The notes: a model not told the origin generated them from the sequence alone. 64,000 nt of DNA from an uncultured Gemmatimonadales bacterium (GCA_963739455.1 CAVUAK010000001.1:576001-640000); one strand, 5' to 3'; counted from the stretch's first letter, positions 41,001 through 52,023 are shown. Program-made: numbers and translations.

Positions 41001-42973
41001 CCGTCGCAGGTGCGGTGAAGCAGCGACTCGCCGCCGCGGACGCGATGCCGGAGGCCGAGCGCACGGGGCTGATCCTGGCGACCCTGGAGGATGAGGCCCC
41101 GACCGTGCGGGAGCAGGCCATCCGCTATGCGGCCCGCTACCTCGAACCGGCGCGCCTGGTGCACCTGGTGGCCAATCACGAGCGTGCCCTGCTGCGCAAC
41201 AGCGCGATCGCGGCACTCGAGCGTCAGGGCCCGTACGCCGTCCCGCCACTCGTGGACGTCCTGGGCGGGACCGCCGACGCGGAACTCGCCATGTTCACGC
41301 TCCAGGTCCTCACCCGCATCGGCGATCCGTCGAGTAGTGCGGCGGTGCTGCCATTTGTCCGGCACGAGGACCAGAACGTGGCACAGGCGGCGATCGAGGC
41401 CCTTGGTGCCTTCCGCGCGGCGGAGGCAGTGCCGGACCTCCTGGCGATGATGGCAGGTAACCTGTGGCTGCAGCTCGCCGCCGTGAACGCGCTGGGCGAG
41501 ATCGGCGACGCGAGGGCGGCGGGGCCGTTGCTGGCCCTGGTGCCGGACTCGCTTCTCGCCATACCGGCGATTCAGGCGCTCGGGAAGCTTCCTGCCGCCG
41601 CGGTCGCGGAACCCCTGGCACAACTGCTCTGCGATCTGCGGGAGCCGGCCTCACGCGAGGCGGTACTCACTGCCCTGGCCCAGGTGGTGGCGCGAGACCC
41701 CGGCAACGTCAGCCTGGCCCCGGCGCTCGCAGCGGTCGACGGTGGCTCCGACGAGCCCACGCTCGAGCGCATGCTGCGCGAGGCAACCGGGCCGGGCGCG
41801 CCCGCGGCAGCGCGGCGCGGCGCGGCGCTTCTCGCCGTCGCAGTGCCGATACCCACGTTGTGGCCAGCGGCACTCCTCGCGCTCCACGAGCTGGGAGAGG
41901 TGCCCTCCATTCACTCGCTGCTGCACGCGCAGCGGCGACGGCTCCGGGCCCAGGCCGAGTCAACCCTGCGCCACCCGAGCCCGCTGGTGCGTGGGCTCCT
42001 GCTCGAGCACGCCGCACCGGATGTCGCGACCGATCGGCGCCTCATTCAGGCGCTGCAGGACACCGACACCGGCGTTCGCGCCGCAGCGTGCCGGGCGCTC
42101 GCCTCGCGCCATTGCGGGGAGGCGGTGCCGCGGCTCGTGGAGCTGCTCAAGGCCGGAAGCGATGCCGAGCGGGATGCGGCCGCGTTGGCACTCGCACATC
42201 TCGAAGCCGACATCCTGGCGCCGCTTGCGGCGTGCCTGGGACCATCGGCCGAGCCCGAGCTGATGGTCCAGGCGCTTGGGATCCTGGAACAGGCCGGGGG
42301 CCAGCCAATCATCGAGCGAGTCATTGAACTCGCCGCGCACGCCTCTTCGCCGGTGCGTCGGGCTGCCTTGCGCGTCCTTGCAGGGCTTCCCGATCGCCGC
42401 GTTGAGCCGGTGCTGTTGAAGGCGCTTGGCGACGTCGATCCTGCCGTACCGGCGGAGGCACTCGAGCTGCTGGTGCAGCGCGGTGGTGACCGCGCCGTGA
42501 GCAGCCTCATCGGCCTCCTGTCATTGACGGACTCCCTCCGCTTCAGGGTAATCCGCGCGCTCGGGCGACTGCGCGTGGCCCGCGCGGCAACTAAGCTCGA
42601 GTCACTCTACCCCGCGTGCGCACTGCACGAGCAACTCGAGATCATCGGCGCACTGGTATTGATCGACGCGCCCGGCGTGCGGGCCTTCCTGCACGCGCGA
42701 TTCGCGGAGCCGGAGCTCGAGGTGCGCCGCGCCGCGGCGCGCGGCCTGGCGGCGCTGGCCGGTGCCGGCGACCTGTCGCACCTATCCGCCATGGCCGGGG
42801 ACAGCGACTGGAACGTGCGCAACGAGGCGGCGCGGGGCCTCGCCCGGCTGCCACTGGACGACACCCGCCCGCTGCTCCTCACCCTGGCCCGCGACGTCGA
42901 GTCCGTCGTGTCGGCTACAGCCCGTGAGGCACTGGGCGGAATCGGCGCCGGGGGCCTGGCCGGGCATACATGA
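40997..42973 (+). CDS. HEAT/PBS-lyase repeat protein
   Basis: Repeated L.D....VR.AA..AL..L helical units over 658 aa; embedded between the MCP and cheR. Confidence 0.85.
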   Translation: MTVAGAVKQRLAAADAMPEAERTGLILATLEDEAPTVREQAIRYAARYLEPARLVHLVANHERALLRNSAIAALERQGPYAVPPLVDVLGGTADAELAMFTLQVLTRIGDPSSSAAVLPFVRHEDQNVAQAAIEALGAFRAAEAVPDLLAMMAGNLWLQLAAVNALGEIGDARAAGPLLALVPDSLLAIPAIQALGKLPAAAVAEPLAQLLCDLREPASREAVLTALAQVVARDPGNVSLAPALAAVDGGSDEPTLERMLREATGPGAPAAARRGAALLAVAVPIPTLWPAALLALHELGEVPSIHSLLHAQRRRLRAQAESTLRHPSPLVRGLLLEHAAPDVATDRRLIQALQDTDTGVRAAACRALASRHCGEAVPRLVELLKAGSDAERDAAALALAHLEADILAPLAACLGPSAEPELMVQALGILEQAGGQPIIERVIELAAHASSPVRRAALRVLAGLPDRRVEPVLLKALGDVDPAVPAEALELLVQRGGDRAVSSLIGLLSLTDSLRFRVIRALGRLRVARAATKLESLYPACALHEQLEIIGALVLIDAPGVRAFLHARFAEPELEVRRAAARGLAALAGAGDLSHLSAMAGDSDWNVRNEAARGLARLPLDDTRPLLLTLARDVESVVSATAREALGGIGAGGLAGHT

Positions 42974-43806
42974 CGATCGCGCTCGAGGCGGAGTGGAAGC
43001 TCCTCACTGACCTCATCGAGGAGCGCTTCGGGCTCTCATTCACCGGTGTGCGCCGCGACATCCTGGCCTCGCGACTGACATCGCGATTCCAGGCGCTGCA
43101 GTGTGGCAACCCGCTGGAGTACTACTACCACCTCAAGTCCCACCCGGAGCGCGATCGCGAGCTGGGCCAGCTGGCGGTAACCCTCACGAACAACGAGACC
43201 TATTTCTTCCGTGAGGCGCACCACTTCGAGTGCGTAGCGCGGCACGTCCTCCCCGCGATGCAGGATGAACTGCGCGAGCGTCCGCTCCGGATCCTGTCGG
43301 CGGGCTGCTCCTCCGGCGAGGAGCCATACTCGCTCGTCATGTCGCTCCAGGCCTCGGGACTCGATGCGCTGCTGCCCCATGGCTGGGAGGTCGACGCCTG
43401 TGACCTCAATCCGGCCCGCCTCGCCCAGGCCCGTGCCGCGACGTACGAGGAAACGTCATTGCGCAGCTGCGACGCCGACACACGGCGCCGGTACTTCACC
43501 CAGGAGGGCAGTCGCTACGTGCTGCGCGAACGGCACCGCACTGGCGTGCGGTTCTTCGCCTGCAACCTCGCCGCACCGGTGATGCCCCTCGGGGCAGGGC
43601 GCTACGACGTCATCCTGTGCCGCAACATGCTGATCTACTTCGGGGAGTCGGCCTTCCTCACCCTCATCGAGCGATTCGCGCGAGCACTGGTTCCCGGCGG
43701 GCTCCTCATGCTGGGGCATTCCGAGTCGATCATCGACCGGACGCCTTCATTCCAGGCGGTGGTGCTCAATGGCATGGTCGTCTACCGTCGCAGCGTGCCC
43801 GACTGA
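42970..43806 (+). CDS. cheR: chemotaxis methyltransferase CheR
   Basis: TNNETYFFRE, SAGCSSGEEPYS, DVILCRNMLIYF, LGHSE. Confidence 0.95.
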   Translation: MTIALEAEWKLLTDLIEERFGLSFTGVRRDILASRLTSRFQALQCGNPLEYYYHLKSHPERDRELGQLAVTLTNNETYFFREAHHFECVARHVLPAMQDELRERPLRILSAGCSSGEEPYSLVMSLQASGLDALLPHGWEVDACDLNPARLAQARAATYEETSLRSCDADTRRRYFTQEGSRYVLRERHRTGVRFFACNLAAPVMPLGAGRYDVILCRNMLIYFGESAFLTLIERFARALVPGGLLMLGHSESIIDRTPSFQAVVLNGMVVYRRSVPD

Positions 43807-44840
43807 TGATTCGTGTCTTCGTGGTCGATGATTCACCGTTCATCCGCAAGGCACTGACGCGCGCCCTGGGAGCGGCGGGTGACATTCGCGTCTGTGGCGA
43901 GGCGCGCAGCGCGGAGGAGGCGCTCCGCCTGGTGCCGGCTGCGAACCCCGACGTGGTGACGCTGGACGTGGCGATGGAAGGAATGGGCGGCCTCGCGGCG
44001 CTGCGGGGCCTCCTGGCGTGGAGGCCCAGCCTGCCGATCATCATGCTCTCGGCGCATACCGGGAAGGGCGCGGCCGCGACGCTCGAGGCGCTGTCAGTCG
44101 GTGCGGTGGACGTGATCGACAAGGGTGACTTCAACCTGATGGACCTCGATGGACTGGGGAAACGCACCATCGACAAGATCCGGCTCTGGCGCGGTGGGCG
44201 TCGCGTCGCGCCGAGCACCGGCGTCGACGATCCGCTGCCACGCGGGCTGCCCGACGCCTCTGCAAGCGCAGTGTGCGTGATCGGCGCGTCGACCGGCGGG
44301 CCGCCCGCCCTGCAGCGCCTGCTCGAGAAGCTACCCCTCGATTTTCCGCTGCCCATCGTGATCGCGCAGCACATGCCCCCCGGCTTTACCAAGCCGTTTG
44401 CGCAGCGCCTGAACGGCGTGTGCGACCTGCGGGTGCGCGAGGCAGTCGACGGCGACCGGATCGAGCGCGGGACGGCGCTGATTGCCCCGGCGGGCCGTCA
44501 CTCCCGGATCACGCGACGCCTGACGGTTGCGCTGTCGGATGAGCCTTCGGATGCGCCGCACCGGCCGAGCATCGACTTGCTGATGAGCTCGGCCGCGGTG
44601 GCAAGGCCCGGCCGGGTACTCGGCATCCTGCTGACAGGCATGGGAGACGACGGTGCAGGCGGGATGGCGCTGATACGCGCGCAGGGCGGCATCACGATCG
44701 GCGAGAGCGAGGAAAGCTGTGTCGTGTTCGGCATGTCACGCGCAGCGCATGAACGCGGCGCGGTTGACCACCTTCTTCCACTGACGCACATCGCCGGCTG
44801 GCTCGGCGGCATGCACCTGGCCGCCATAGCCGGGCGCTAG
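43806..44840 (+). CDS. cheB: chemotaxis methylesterase CheB with receiver domain
   Basis: VVDDSPF receiver; GASTGGP, QHMP, LTGMGDDG. Confidence 0.95.
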   Translation: MIRVFVVDDSPFIRKALTRALGAAGDIRVCGEARSAEEALRLVPAANPDVVTLDVAMEGMGGLAALRGLLAWRPSLPIIMLSAHTGKGAAATLEALSVGAVDVIDKGDFNLMDLDGLGKRTIDKIRLWRGGRRVAPSTGVDDPLPRGLPDASASAVCVIGASTGGPPALQRLLEKLPLDFPLPIVIAQHMPPGFTKPFAQRLNGVCDLRVREAVDGDRIERGTALIAPAGRHSRITRRLTVALSDEPSDAPHRPSIDLLMSSAAVARPGRVLGILLTGMGDDGAGGMALIRAQGGITIGESEESCVVFGMSRAAHERGAVDHLLPLTHIAGWLGGMHLAAIAGR

Positions 44841-45646
44841 TACTCGGCGAAGAGCGAGGCGGGACAGCTACCCGCTGGCGGATCCGCGGTCCGTTCGAGG
44901 AGCACCTGCTGTTCCACCAGTGATCTCGCGGGGCTCTTGATTGCCCCACCCACCGGCACGCTTGCCTCCACGGTAATTGCATGGTCATAACGCATGGGCC
45001 CCCGCACGGGATCCCAGGCGGCGATACCGCGATCGTTGAGCGTGCGGGAGTAGGTCGGCGTCAGCGTGTCACCCGGCGGAGGGGGTACGAGGCCGTCGCG
45101 GTTGAGCTGGATGCGATAGCGCTGGAGGCTCGCGCTGTCGCTCAGGCGCTTGATGGCCAGGCTGTCGCCGCTGCGCCACTCCTCGCCCACTTGAATTACC
45201 CAGGGCGGCAACCGCGGCAGCATGTCGTCCAGCACGCCTGCGAGATCGCTGACCTCGCGCACCGCGTCAGGAACGAACGGGACGACCTGCGTGACGATGG
45301 AGCCATCAGGAAGCAGGTCGCCGCGATAGCGCCCGCCGAGCACGCCGGATGCATCGGGTTCGATCCGGTTGCCGCCGGCACTGCGCCACGCGCGCAGGGA
45401 ATCGAACCAGGCGACAACCAGCATGCGGGGTGGGGTGGGTGATGCGATCGTGGCCATGTTGAGATGGCCTTCGCGCCCGGAGTTGGCCGATGCGGTGCGG
45501 CCGGCGGTCTGGATCGTGAGATCGCTGCGGATGCTCTGGCGGAAGCTGGCGCAGGCCAGCTGGGCGGCGGAATAGCCCAGCTCCGCCTGCGCGGAAACCT
45601 CCGTACTGACCACAAGGAGCACAGCGAGCACTGGAAAGAACCTCAC
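44837..45646 (-). CDS. hypothetical exported protein
   Basis: Signal peptide MRFFPVLAVLLVVSTEVSA; no recognisable motif. Confidence 0.6.
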   Translation of the reverse strand: MRFFPVLAVLLVVSTEVSAQAELGYSAAQLACASFRQSIRSDLTIQTAGRTASANSGREGHLNMATIASPTPPRMLVVAWFDSLRAWRSAGGNRIEPDASGVLGGRYRGDLLPDGSIVTQVVPFVPDAVREVSDLAGVLDDMLPRLPPWVIQVGEEWRSGDSLAIKRLSDSASLQRYRIQLNRDGLVPPPPGDTLTPTYSRTLNDRGIAAWDPVRGPMRYDHAITVEASVPVGGAIKSPARSLVEQQVLLERTADPPAGSCPASLFAEY

Positions 45647-45697
45647 GCCTCACTCCTCACGCGGTTGCTGTTCCCCCTCACGCTGTCGCAGTGCCGG

Positions 45698-47326
45698 CTA
45701 CTCCGCCCCCATGAACGGGTAGCGGTAGTCCGTCGGCGAGACGAGGGTCTCCTTGATGCTGCGCGGCGATACCCACCGCACCAGGTTGAGGATCGACCCC
45801 GCCTTGTCGTTGGTGCCGCTCGCCCGGGCACCGCCGAAGGGCTGCTGGCCCACCACGGCGCCGGTCGGCTTGTCGTTGAGGTAGAAGTTGCCGGCAGCAT
45901 TCCGAAGGACCTGGCTCGCCTCGGCGAGTGCCGCCCGGTCGCGCGCGAACACCGCGCCGGTCAGTGCATAGGGGCTCGTACCGTTGACGAGGTTCAGTGT
46001 CTCGCGCCACTTCGCCGCCGGGTACACGTGCACGGTCATGACCGGGCCGAACAGCTCGTCGCACATGAGGCGGTACTTTGGATCCTCCGAGGTGACGAGC
46101 GTGGGCTGGACGAACCACCCGTCCTTGTCGTCCGTGCCACCGCCCGCGATGACCTTCACGCCCGGCGCCGTCTTCGCCGCATCCAGATAGCCCTTGATGC
46201 GGTTGAACGCCTTCTGGTCGATGACGGCGCCCATGAAGTTCCGGAAGTCGGCCACGTCGCCCATCCTGATGTCGACGATCATCGCCACCATCCGGTCGCG
46301 CACCTCGGGCCACAGCGTGTCAGGGATGTAGGCGCGCGACGCGGCGCTGCACTTCTGGCCCTGGTATTCGTACGCCCCCCGCACGAGCCCCACTGCCACG
46401 GCCTCGGCATCAGCGCTCTGGTGCGCCACGACGAAATCCTTGCCGCCGGTCTCGCCCACGATGCGGGGGTACGAGACGTACTTGTCCAGCCGGCTCGCGA
46501 TCTGGTGCCAGATCTGCCGGAACACCGCCGTAGACCCGGTAAAGTGGATGCCGGCGAAGTACGGCTCCTCGACCAGTGCCGCGGTACACATCACCGGCTC
46601 TGCGGGCACGAAGTTGATGACGCCAGGCGGCAGGCCGGCCGTCTCGAGCAGCCGATAGGTGTAGTAGTTGCTGAGCAGTGAAGCGTGCGACGGCTTCCAC
46701 ACGGAGGTGTTGCCCATGAGAACCGGTGCGCCCGGAAGGTTACCGCCGATCGCGGTGAAGTTGAACGGCGTCACCGCATAGACAAATCCCTCCAGCGGGC
46801 GGTGCTCCATCCGGTTCCACACGCCGGGCGAGGACTCGGGCTGCTCACGATAGAGCCGCTCGGCGAAGGCGACGTTGAACCGGAAGAAATCGATCATTTC
46901 GCACGCTGCGTCGATTTCGGCCTGGAAGGCCGTCTTGCTCTGGCCCAGCATCGTGGCACCGTTGAGCAACGCGCGATGCGTGGTGGCGAGCAGTTCCGCC
47001 GCCCGGAGGAACACCGCCGCCCGGTCCTCGAAGCGCATCGCCGCCCAGTCCCGTTGGGCCTCGATCGCCGACTTCGCGGCCGCCCGCACCGTGTCGACGG
47101 TGGCGAGGTGCGCCCGCGCGATGACGTGCCTGTGCTTGTGCGGCGAGGTGACGTCGAAGATGTCACCACTTCGCACTTCCTTGCCGCCCACGATGGCCGG
47201 AATGTCCGCCACCTCGCCGGACAGGCGGGCCAACTCCGCCTTGAGGGTCGCGCGCTCCGGCGACCCCGGCGCATAGGACAGGATCGGCTCGTTGCGCGGA
47301 TGCGGGATGTTCGATATGCCACTCAT
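45698..47326 (-). CDS. pruA: 1-pyrroline-5-carboxylate (glutamate-gamma-semialdehyde) dehydrogenase
   Basis: NEPILSYAPGSPER, PFNFTAI, FTGST, GETGGKDF, YQGQKCSA, GTNDKAG. Confidence 0.93.
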   Translation of the reverse strand: MSGISNIPHPRNEPILSYAPGSPERATLKAELARLSGEVADIPAIVGGKEVRSGDIFDVTSPHKHRHVIARAHLATVDTVRAAAKSAIEAQRDWAAMRFEDRAAVFLRAAELLATTHRALLNGATMLGQSKTAFQAEIDAACEMIDFFRFNVAFAERLYREQPESSPGVWNRMEHRPLEGFVYAVTPFNFTAIGGNLPGAPVLMGNTSVWKPSHASLLSNYYTYRLLETAGLPPGVINFVPAEPVMCTAALVEEPYFAGIHFTGSTAVFRQIWHQIASRLDKYVSYPRIVGETGGKDFVVAHQSADAEAVAVGLVRGAYEYQGQKCSAASRAYIPDTLWPEVRDRMVAMIVDIRMGDVADFRNFMGAVIDQKAFNRIKGYLDAAKTAPGVKVIAGGGTDDKDGWFVQPTLVTSEDPKYRLMCDELFGPVMTVHVYPAAKWRETLNLVNGTSPYALTGAVFARDRAALAEASQVLRNAAGNFYLNDKPTGAVVGQQPFGGARASGTNDKAGSILNLVRWVSPRSIKETLVSPTDYRYPFMGAE

Positions 47327-47679
47327 GGACGCGACCCGGATGGAGATGGGCTGGGAGTATACATCGTCAGGAGCCCTGCCGGTGGCGTGCCGGTGATGAT
47401 CGGCGACGGCAGTTCGACGAAGCCGTTCCACTGCAGGATGGCGCGCCCTTCCGCCGAGAGCGCGAAACGCGCGAACGCGGCCGCGAGCGCTGGATGCGGA
47501 GCCCGGATCGCGACGGTCAGCGCGTAGACGATCGGTTCGCCCCTGAGCGTCAGTGAGTCGGCCCCGGCCCGACTGGCACCGGGAATGCGGACGCTGGCCC
47601 CCTCGAGCTCCTGGGCGACCGCCGGAGTGACGGGGATCATGCGCGCCATTGCCAGCAGGGGCCCCATCCAGCCCGGCAC
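47323..47679 (-). pseudogene. C-terminal fragment resembling a WtpA/ModA-type oxyanion-binding protein
   Basis: GEPIVYALT..APHP..A.AF..F.LS.EG.AIL..NGF resembles the C-terminus of this family; N-terminal part and transporter partners are absent. Confidence 0.45.
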
Positions 47680-47776
47680 GCCGGTTTGCGCCGGAGTGGA
47701 TCGTTGCCGATACTTGTCTCCGCCCCGGGCGTCGCCCGGAACGCACCGCTACCAGACTCGGAACCCGGACTGCTTC

Positions 47777-48160
47777 ATGCGCCGTCTACTCGGATGTCTC
47801 GCTTTCGTCGTCCTCGCCGCCTGCCCGACCTACGACCGCTACGACAAGCTGGCCGACCAGAAGGGCATGCTGACCGCCGACCAGTTCGCCAGCTACGGCC
47901 CGGAACAGGCCCAGAAGGTCGCTATCGGCCGCAGCCTGGCGCAGGCGTATGACGGCAAGAGCGTCACCGACTTCGGCGCGCAGATGGGGGTCGCGGTGGC
48001 ATTCGCCAGGACGATGCCCGACGTGGTGGACATCCAGGCCGACACGCTCGCCTACTTCATGACGATCAAGTTCAAGAGCGGCTGGCGCACCGCCGTGCTC
48101 CCGATCGCCGACGGCAAGGCTCCCCAGGATACGCCGGGACTGCCGAAGGCGACGAGTTGA
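47777..48160 (+). CDS. hypothetical lipoprotein
   Basis: MRRLLGCLAFVVLAAC lipobox. Confidence 0.7.
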   Translation: MRRLLGCLAFVVLAACPTYDRYDKLADQKGMLTADQFASYGPEQAQKVAIGRSLAQAYDGKSVTDFGAQMGVAVAFARTMPDVVDIQADTLAYFMTIKFKSGWRTAVLPIADGKAPQDTPGLPKATS

Positions 48161-48172
48161 TCGCTGGGCGCG

Positions 48173-48733
48173 TCAGCGGATCTCGATGTTCGCGGGGTGA
48201 ATGATGCTGCCGTCCGGTGCCTTGACGGCGGCATCGAGTGAATCCTGGTCCCAGACAACGATGGCAACGCGATCACTGCTCGCCGCGAAGGTCGCGAGGT
48301 CCTGCGTCGACAGCTCGCGGCTCTTCAGCGGACGGTTTTCGGGATCAGCATGATACGGGTGCGTATGCCAGCTCCCGATCACCCGAGGCAGGGAATCACA
48401 GGTACCGGTCACGGCCAATTGCAGCTGCCGCATGTTCCGCGCAGGCAGGAAGCCGTTGACGGTCACCGACCCCTGCGTCCACGGATCCCTGCAGGCAGCC
48501 GAGATATTCCTTCTGGGTCGGCCGGACCGTGCCCAGCATGCGTTCCATGGTGTTCAAGTCCTGCAGCTTGTCCCAGTTGCGGTTCGATTCCCCGAAAATG
48601 ACATTCATCGAGTCCAGCACTGGCTGGGAGATGGTGACGCTGGCGCCGGGATCGGGCGCACGCCTTGACGCGCCGGCATCGGCAGGAGGAGCAACGCCCC
48701 AAGGGCGGTGACGCGCAGCGATCGAGCATCCAT
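48173..48733 (-). CDS. probably exported JAB/MPN (JAMM)-like protein (two frameshifts, ~48655 and ~48470)
   Basis: Signal-like N-terminus; KEYLGCL, IGSWHTHP, LSTQDL reconstructed across three frames. Confidence 0.55.
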
Positions 48734-48766
48734 TCCTGAAAAGTACACCCGAGCTCCGGAGCTCTC

Positions 48767-49036
48767 GTGAAGCGAAGCACGCTTGTTACCATCGGCGCCC
48801 TTCTCGTGTTCGGGGCCTTCCTGCTCTACAGCACGCTGACGGCCCAGAAGTTCTCCTGTACCGTGAGCGTCACTTACCAGGGCCGGAGCGGCAGCGCCAC
48901 CGCGTCGGCGGCATCGGAACACGACGCAAAGCAGCAGGCCCAGACCACGGCATGCGGCCCGATCACGAGCGGCATGAACGAGTCGATCGCCTGCAGCAAC
49001 ACGCCGCCCAGCAAGACCGAGTGCGTGTCGCTCTGA
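48767..49036 (+). CDS. small membrane-anchored four-Cys hypothetical protein
   Basis: N-terminal TM and four Cys; 1 nt before the YfcC gene. Confidence 0.6.
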   Translation: MKRSTLVTIGALLVFGAFLLYSTLTAQKFSCTVSVTYQGRSGSATASAASEHDAKQQAQTTACGPITSGMNESIACSNTPPSKTECVSL

Positions 49037-49037
49037 G

Positions 49038-50391
49038 GTGACGGTTCGCTTCGCGTTCCCCCACCCCCTCGTCCTGCTCCTGGGTTGCGTCGCCTTCGCG
49101 GCGGCCCTCACGTGGGTAGTACCCGCCGGCGTCTATGACCGCGTCGACGACCCCGCCAGCGGCCGGGCCGTGGTGGTCCCCGGCACATTCCATTCAGTGG
49201 ACGCGGCTCCGGTCGGGCTCTTCCAGTTGCTGGTCGCCGTCCCGAAGGGACTGATCGACGCGGCAAGCGTCATCTTCCTGATCTTCCTTTCCGGCGGCGC
49301 CTTCACCGTGGTGGATCGCACCGGCGCGCTCCGCCGGCTGGTGGACGCGCTGGCCCGGCGGCTCGAAGGGCGCGGCGTGCTCGTCATTCCCGTCGTCGGC
49401 CTCGCCTTTGCCGCTGGTGGCGCGCTGATGCAGATGGCCGAGGAACTGGTGGCTTTTGCCCCGCTCCTGCTCCTCATCTGTGCTTCACTCGGCCTGCCGC
49501 CGCTCATGGCCGTGGCGATGAGCCTGGGAACCGCCGCGATCGCCGCCGCGTTCTCGCCGGTCGATCCCTTCATGGTGACGATCGCGCAGAAGGTGGCGCA
49601 GGTGCCGGTGGGTTCGGGGTGGGAATTCCGCACCGTGATCCTCGCCATCGCCACCGGGTACTGGCTCTGGAGCATCACGCGCTACGCCGCACGCCATTCG
49701 AACCCGCCGGCAGCGACCGTCGCGGCCGACGAGCGCGACCAGCGCCTGACGACGCGGCATGTACTGGTCATCGCTGTCATCGCGCTCACCTTCCTGTTCT
49801 TCGTGATCGGGGCGCAGCAGTGGGCCTGGGATTTCGACCAGCTCGCAACGCTCTTCCTGATCATGGGCATGGCGGCAGGCGCGATCGGGGGCCTCGGGTT
49901 CTCGGGCACGGCGGACGGCATGGTCGCCGGCGCACGAGACATGACGTTGAGCGTACTGGTGGTGGGTGTGGCGCGCAGCATCTTCGTGGTGCTGGACGAG
50001 GGCCACATCGTCGACTCACTGGTGCACGCCATCGTGACGCCGATCGAGGGCATGCCAGTGACCATGTCGGCGCTCGCAATGTTCTTCGCCCAGGCGCTGA
50101 TTCACGTTCCAGTGCCGAGCACGAGTGGCCAGGCCGTGCTGACGATGCCGATCCTGGCGCCGGTCTCCGACCTGATCGGGCTTTCACGCCAGGTGACCGT
50201 GCTGGCATACCAGCTGGGCAATGGCACCTTCGACCTGCTCTTTCCCACCAATGGCGCGCTGCTCGCGCTGCTTGCGGTCGCCGGCGTGCGATTCGACGAC
50301 TGGTTCAAGTGGGCGCTTGCCACGCTGCCTGATCCTGGCGGCATTCGGGTGCCTTGCACTGATCGTCGCCGTCGCGATTGGATGGCGCTAG
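49038..50391 (+). CDS. YfcC/DcuC-like transporter (frameshift near 50318)
   Basis: PHPLVLL, PAGVYDR, IAQKVAQVP..SG..FR, PSTSGQA..TMPILAP.SDL.G, PTNGAL. Confidence 0.85.
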
Positions 50392-50392
50392 C

Positions 50393-52020
50393 ATGCGCGA
50401 TACGATGGATCGCCGCACGTTTCCTCGCAAGCACCACTGCGGCTGCGGTCGCGTCGCAGCTGGGTGCGTGCCGACCCGGGGACAAGCCGCCCGCCTCCCC
50501 GCCGGTCGCCATGCTGTTCCAGGTCGAGGAAGGCGGGATCGCCGACCTGCAGGAGGCCTTCGCCGCGGGCCAGGTGACTTCGGCCAGCGTGACGCAGCAG
50601 TATCTCGACCGCATCGCCGCCATCGATCATTCCGGGTCATCGGTGAACTCGGTCATCGAGCTCAACCCCGAGGCAATCGCTGATGCCGCGCGCCTCGACG
50701 ACGAGCGGAAGGCTGGCAAGTCGCGCGGGCCGCTCCACGGCGTGCCGATCCTCATCAAGGACAACATCGACACCGGCGACCGGATGCGCACCAGCGCCGG
50801 CTCGCTGGCACTCGCCGACATGCCGGCGCCCGCTGACGCCTTCGTGGTGCAGCGCCTCCGCGCCGCCGGCGCAATCATCCTCGGGCAAGACCAATTGCAG
50901 CGAGTGGGCCAACTTCCGCTCGACGCACTCGACCAGCGGCTGGAGCGGCCGCGGCGGCCAGACGCGGAATCCCTATGTACTCGACCGCAACCCGTGCGGG
51001 TCGAGCTCGGGAACCGGTGCGGCCATCAGCGCCAACCTCGCGATGCTCGGGGTCGGTACCGAGACGGATGGCTCCGTGGTGTGCCCCAGCAATGCCAATG
51101 GCCTGGTCGGGCTCAAGCCGACCGTCGGCCTGGTGAGCCGCAGCGGGATCATCCCGATCTCGGCGAGCCAGGATACCGCGGGCCCGATGACGCGCGATGT
51201 GCGCGATGCGGCAATCCTGCTCAACGCCATGATGGGGGTGGACCCGGCTGATCCCGCGACCGCGCTGGTTCCCGATCATGGTGCCGCCGACTTCACCACG
51301 TTCCTGTCGTCGGGCGGGCTCGGTGGCGTCCGGCTCGGGGTGCTTCGGCGCTACTTCGGCGGGCTGCCCGCGCTCGACAAGCTGATGGAGGACTCGCTGG
51401 TCGCGTTGCGAGATGCCGGTGCCGTGCTGGTGGACCCGGTCGATATCGACACGGCACCGAAGCTGGGAACACCGGAAGGCGTGGTACTCCACTACGAGTT
51501 CAAGGATGGCATCAACCGCTATCTCGCGGCGCGCGGCGCCACGACGAAGTATCACACGCTGGCGGAGCTGATCGAGTTCAACAAGGCGAACGCGGAGAAG
51601 GAGATGCCGTGGTTCGGTCAGGAAACGTTCGAGAAAGCGGAGACGATGGGGCCACTCAGCTCCCCAGCGTATCGGCAGGCGCTCGCGGAGTGCCGCCGGC
51701 TGTCCCGGACTGAGGGAATCGACGCGACGCTCAGGCGCTATCGCCTGGATGCGCTCGTGTGCCCGACCGGAGGCCCTGCGTGGACGACGGACCTGGTGAA
51801 CGGGGACCACTGGAATCCGGCGGGCGACAGCTCGACACCGGCAGCGGTCGCCGGTTACCCGCACATCACGGTTCCCGCCGGGTTCGTGGACGGCTTGCCG
51901 GTGGGGCTGTCGTTCATGGGACCGGCGTGGAGCGATGGCCTGCTGTTGCGCTATGCCTTTGCGTTCGAGCAGGCCACGAGGGCCCGGCGCGCGCCGACCT
52001 TCAAGAACACCCTCACGTAG
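50393..52020 (+). CDS. amidase signature family enzyme with Tat lipoprotein signal (frameshifts ~50420 and ~50884)
   Basis: MDRRTF(L)...LGAC; IKDNIDT, GSSSG, GTETDGSVVCPS. Confidence 0.88.
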
Positions 52021-52023
52021 GAC

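Noticed and set aside
25246..44840. Genomic island or mobile element carrying the pqq-che block
   Set aside because: No integrase, transposase, tRNA, flanking direct repeats or visible composition shift.
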